Source: Diadema antillarum (lineage: Eukaryota). From it: a DNA stretch of 64,000 nt. A model generated the notes under the pieces. That model was not told the DNA's origin, searched no databases, and saw only the letters and a program-made list of their open reading frames with translations. The stretch is taken from assembly GCF_040938485.1 (NCBI RefSeq), contig NW_027270904.1, positions 3,596,001 to 3,660,000 of the forward strand. Direction: 5' to 3'. Shown piece by piece: positions 61,511-64,000 of the stretch (positions are counted from its first letter, which is position 1; every line of letters starts with the position of its first letter). The position numbers were made by a program, and so were the translations under genes.

Positions 61511-62675
61511 TAGGTGTTTCAAAAAACAATTCCCACTTTTGATTAAAAAACTATATATCAGATAACACTGTCATTGATATGAGTGATAGCTGAATAGTGT
61601 ACAATTTGGTTGAAGGTGGTTTAAATATGAAAGCATAAATAAGTTTCATGAAATCCATGATTAATTTCACAGTTAGGTTCCAGACTTTGCTCTATTTTCA
61701 ACCCTCTGTACAAAATTTCACTTTGCACAGGGGTCAATGGGTGGGTATGGGAGTGTGTGGTTAACACCCTGACAATGGTCCTGAACAATGGCCAGGGTTT
61801 GAATGCTTCATTAGTAATTCATGAGAAATTCCACTATCACAACTAGTCTTTATTCAGCCTCTGGCAGTATCTGTGTAAAGTCAAACGCCTGTCGATACTG
61901 TCGTTGAGTCGCGACAGTGCTCTCCCTACTTCTGAAAAACAAAATTACAATGAAACCTTCTGTTCTATCGTAAACGTGGTGACAGGAAGTAAAGAAAATC
62001 AATTAGAGTATACACTTGTGTATATGGAGCCTTAAATAAATCTACTGTGAAACAAATCGCCCCAATGATAAATGCAGCTGAACTCTTTACCAAAAATTAT
62101 CTCTTTTTATCGAAAAAGCGAAAAATTTGTCAGACTATTTAATTAGTAGACAGTTGTATTAAAATGAGGAACTTTAGATCATTTATGCTTATTTATATCC
62201 CAAATTTAGTGATATGTGAAGCAAAATTTGAAAATGATTGCCAGCTGGAATGAAATGTGGTGTTTGCAAGCACTTTTCCGTGCATGAATTCAGACTAGCA
62301 GTGCCCAGGGCAATCCACATGAATTATTGATTAAGCATTCATGTGCCAGGGAGCGCGAGACTGACGCCTGGTCAACAGGTGGTTCAGGCATGTCCATTGT
62401 TCAGGGCCATTGTCAGCACACACTCACATACACATCATTGGTTCCTGTGCCAAGTTCAATTTTTGTACAGAGGGTTAAAATTTGACCAAAATCTGAAACC
62501 TTACTTCAAAATCAATCTTAGATTTAATGAAACTGATTTATGCTTTCACGTGCAAATCACCTCCAACCAAATTGTACACTATCCAGCTATTACTCATATC
62601 ATTGACAGTTTTATCGGATGAATAGTTTTTGAACTATTAATGATCAAAAGTGGGAAATGTTTTTTGAAACACCTA
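61511..62675. mobile_element. Tc1-like non-autonomous element with ~290-bp TIRs, inserted in a (TATG)n tract
   Basis: 61511-~61800 aligns with the reverse complement of ~62385-62675 (TAGGTGTTTCAAAAAAC..CCCACTTTTGAT..); (TATG)n on both flanks. Confidence 0.75.
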
Positions 62676-62806
62676 TGTATGTATGTATGTAGGTATGTAT
62701 GTATGTATGTTTGTGATGTGGGGGTAGTTGTGTGTGTAGTGTGTGTGTGTGTGTGTGTATGGGGGAAGGGGAGTCTAGCTGAATGCATTATGTTTGTGGA
62801 TGGGTT

Positions 62807-63054
62807 GGTATGTCGCCCTAGACCTCGTATCTACAAAATGTCAAATGTTCGACCAGGAGAGCGTGCATAGCGGCCAAAGCACTATACCGAATGGGACACC
62901 CGACAGCCGTTCCTTTGACGTGCCTGGGTGGGTTCATTTTGGGGGGAAGACAACTATACAGGATTTCGACAGGACTAGATTAACCGACTATTTGACCATA
63001 AATGCAAAAAAGTAATTTTCACCAAAATTGTAGATACAAGGTCTTGTCACGTAC
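62807..63054. mobile_element. ~250-bp MITE
   Basis: AGACCTCGTATCTACAAAAT vs AAATTGTAGATACAAGGTCT inverted pair. Confidence 0.55.
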
Positions 63055-63210
63055 CCCATCGACGATGTGTATAATGTTGTCTGTTTGTGTGTGTAGGCTA
63101 CTCTATGTGTTGTCAAAGGGAGGGGCTGTTTGTATGATTATTGCCCACGAGACTCAGACATAAAATGACCAAATTAACTGTTTTAATAGCTATACTGGAA
63201 GATGAACATG

Positions 63211-63388
63211 TAGGGCTGCCAACTTTCACGCATTGAGCATGAGACTCACGCATTTTGGTCCTTTCTCACTCTAAAACTTTATTTCATTTGCATGCATTTC
63301 TATTAATCTCACTCATTTTGACTCCTAAATTATAGCATTGGCCTTTGGGAGTCTCACTCTCAACTAGTTTCCAGTGTTGGCAGCCCTG
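63211..63388. mobile_element. hAT-type MITE
   Basis: TAGGGCTGCCAAC / GTTGGCAGCCCTG TIRs; flanks TGAACATG / GCAACATG (6/8 TSD match). Confidence 0.75.
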
Positions 63389-64000
63389 GCAACATGACGA
63401 AAACCTTCTGAGATGGTCATTGGATACATAGTAAATATCTGATTTCTCCTTGACATTTGCTACCGGTAAACTTGTTTCTTTATCCCGTAATGATCACATC
63501 ACATCACTTGAGGTGCGGATGTACCTTTACCCCATGCTCGGGCACGTAATATTTGAGCGGTGGATGAAACCCAAATAACGTAACATTAGGGAATGCAGTA
63601 TGATTTTTTTTTTCAGTAGAACATATCCGTGAAAGCTTGAGGAAAATCGGATAATGGGTGAAAAATGAAGTTTTCGTACTGCCATCGCTTTGACGAGAAG
63701 TCAACAACACTTTGTGACACCATGCATTAAAAAAACAATATAAACAAAATATTTTTTTAAAAGATTAAGCAAACGTGGTATTTTCACGTTTCTATGTAAG
63801 ACCGTGATGGAAGCGCATTTGACCTGCGAAGTTGCCTCTTTCAGATAGAATGATTTTACCCTTATGTCACCAAGTCGAGGGTATGTGTAGGCCTACTTTT
63901 CATTTAGTCTGTTGAATTCTCTCAATGTTTTCTTTTTATCGTTTCCCGTTTATGACGTCACGCACGGTAAAAGTCCATTACCATTTAGTACATAATTATC

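Overview
Eukaryotic, AT-rich, intron-containing DNA with five N-gaps. The intron pattern, repeat families and protein sequences suggest an invertebrate deuterostome, probably a sea urchin (inference). Two divergently oriented genes can be fully spliced by hand. TFG (TRK-fused gene, COPII/ER-exit scaffold) is on the minus strand: 7 coding exons, 2775-11649, 413 aa, including a 66-nt exon missed by the ORF track. CDK8 (Mediator kinase) is on the plus strand: 12-13 coding exons, 22828-49784, about 489-521 aa, with the start of one exon hidden in a gap. The rest is introns and intergenic DNA full of mobile-element relics: a 5'-truncated CR1/L2-type LINE (16.7-18.9 kb), L2 tails, and many MITEs of hAT, Harbinger, Tc1/mariner, piggyBac and Kolobok type. 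A nested graveyard at 52.9-59.4 kb holds a Sola-like transposase relic with a 4x amplified N-terminal module, a hAT MITE with a ~165-bp array, and a Gypsy pol fragment. Best leads: (1) a highly structured box C/D-like RNA in a CDK8 intron (39608-39709); (2) CDK8 with a Cys at the normally Phe gatekeeper, a 16-His His/Gln tail and candidate alternative tail exons; (3) two long foldbacks in the CDK8 pre-mRNA, one made of head-to-head tRNA-Thr-derived copies; (4) a UPRE-like site at the TFG promoter. No database searches were run; family names come from recalled motifs.
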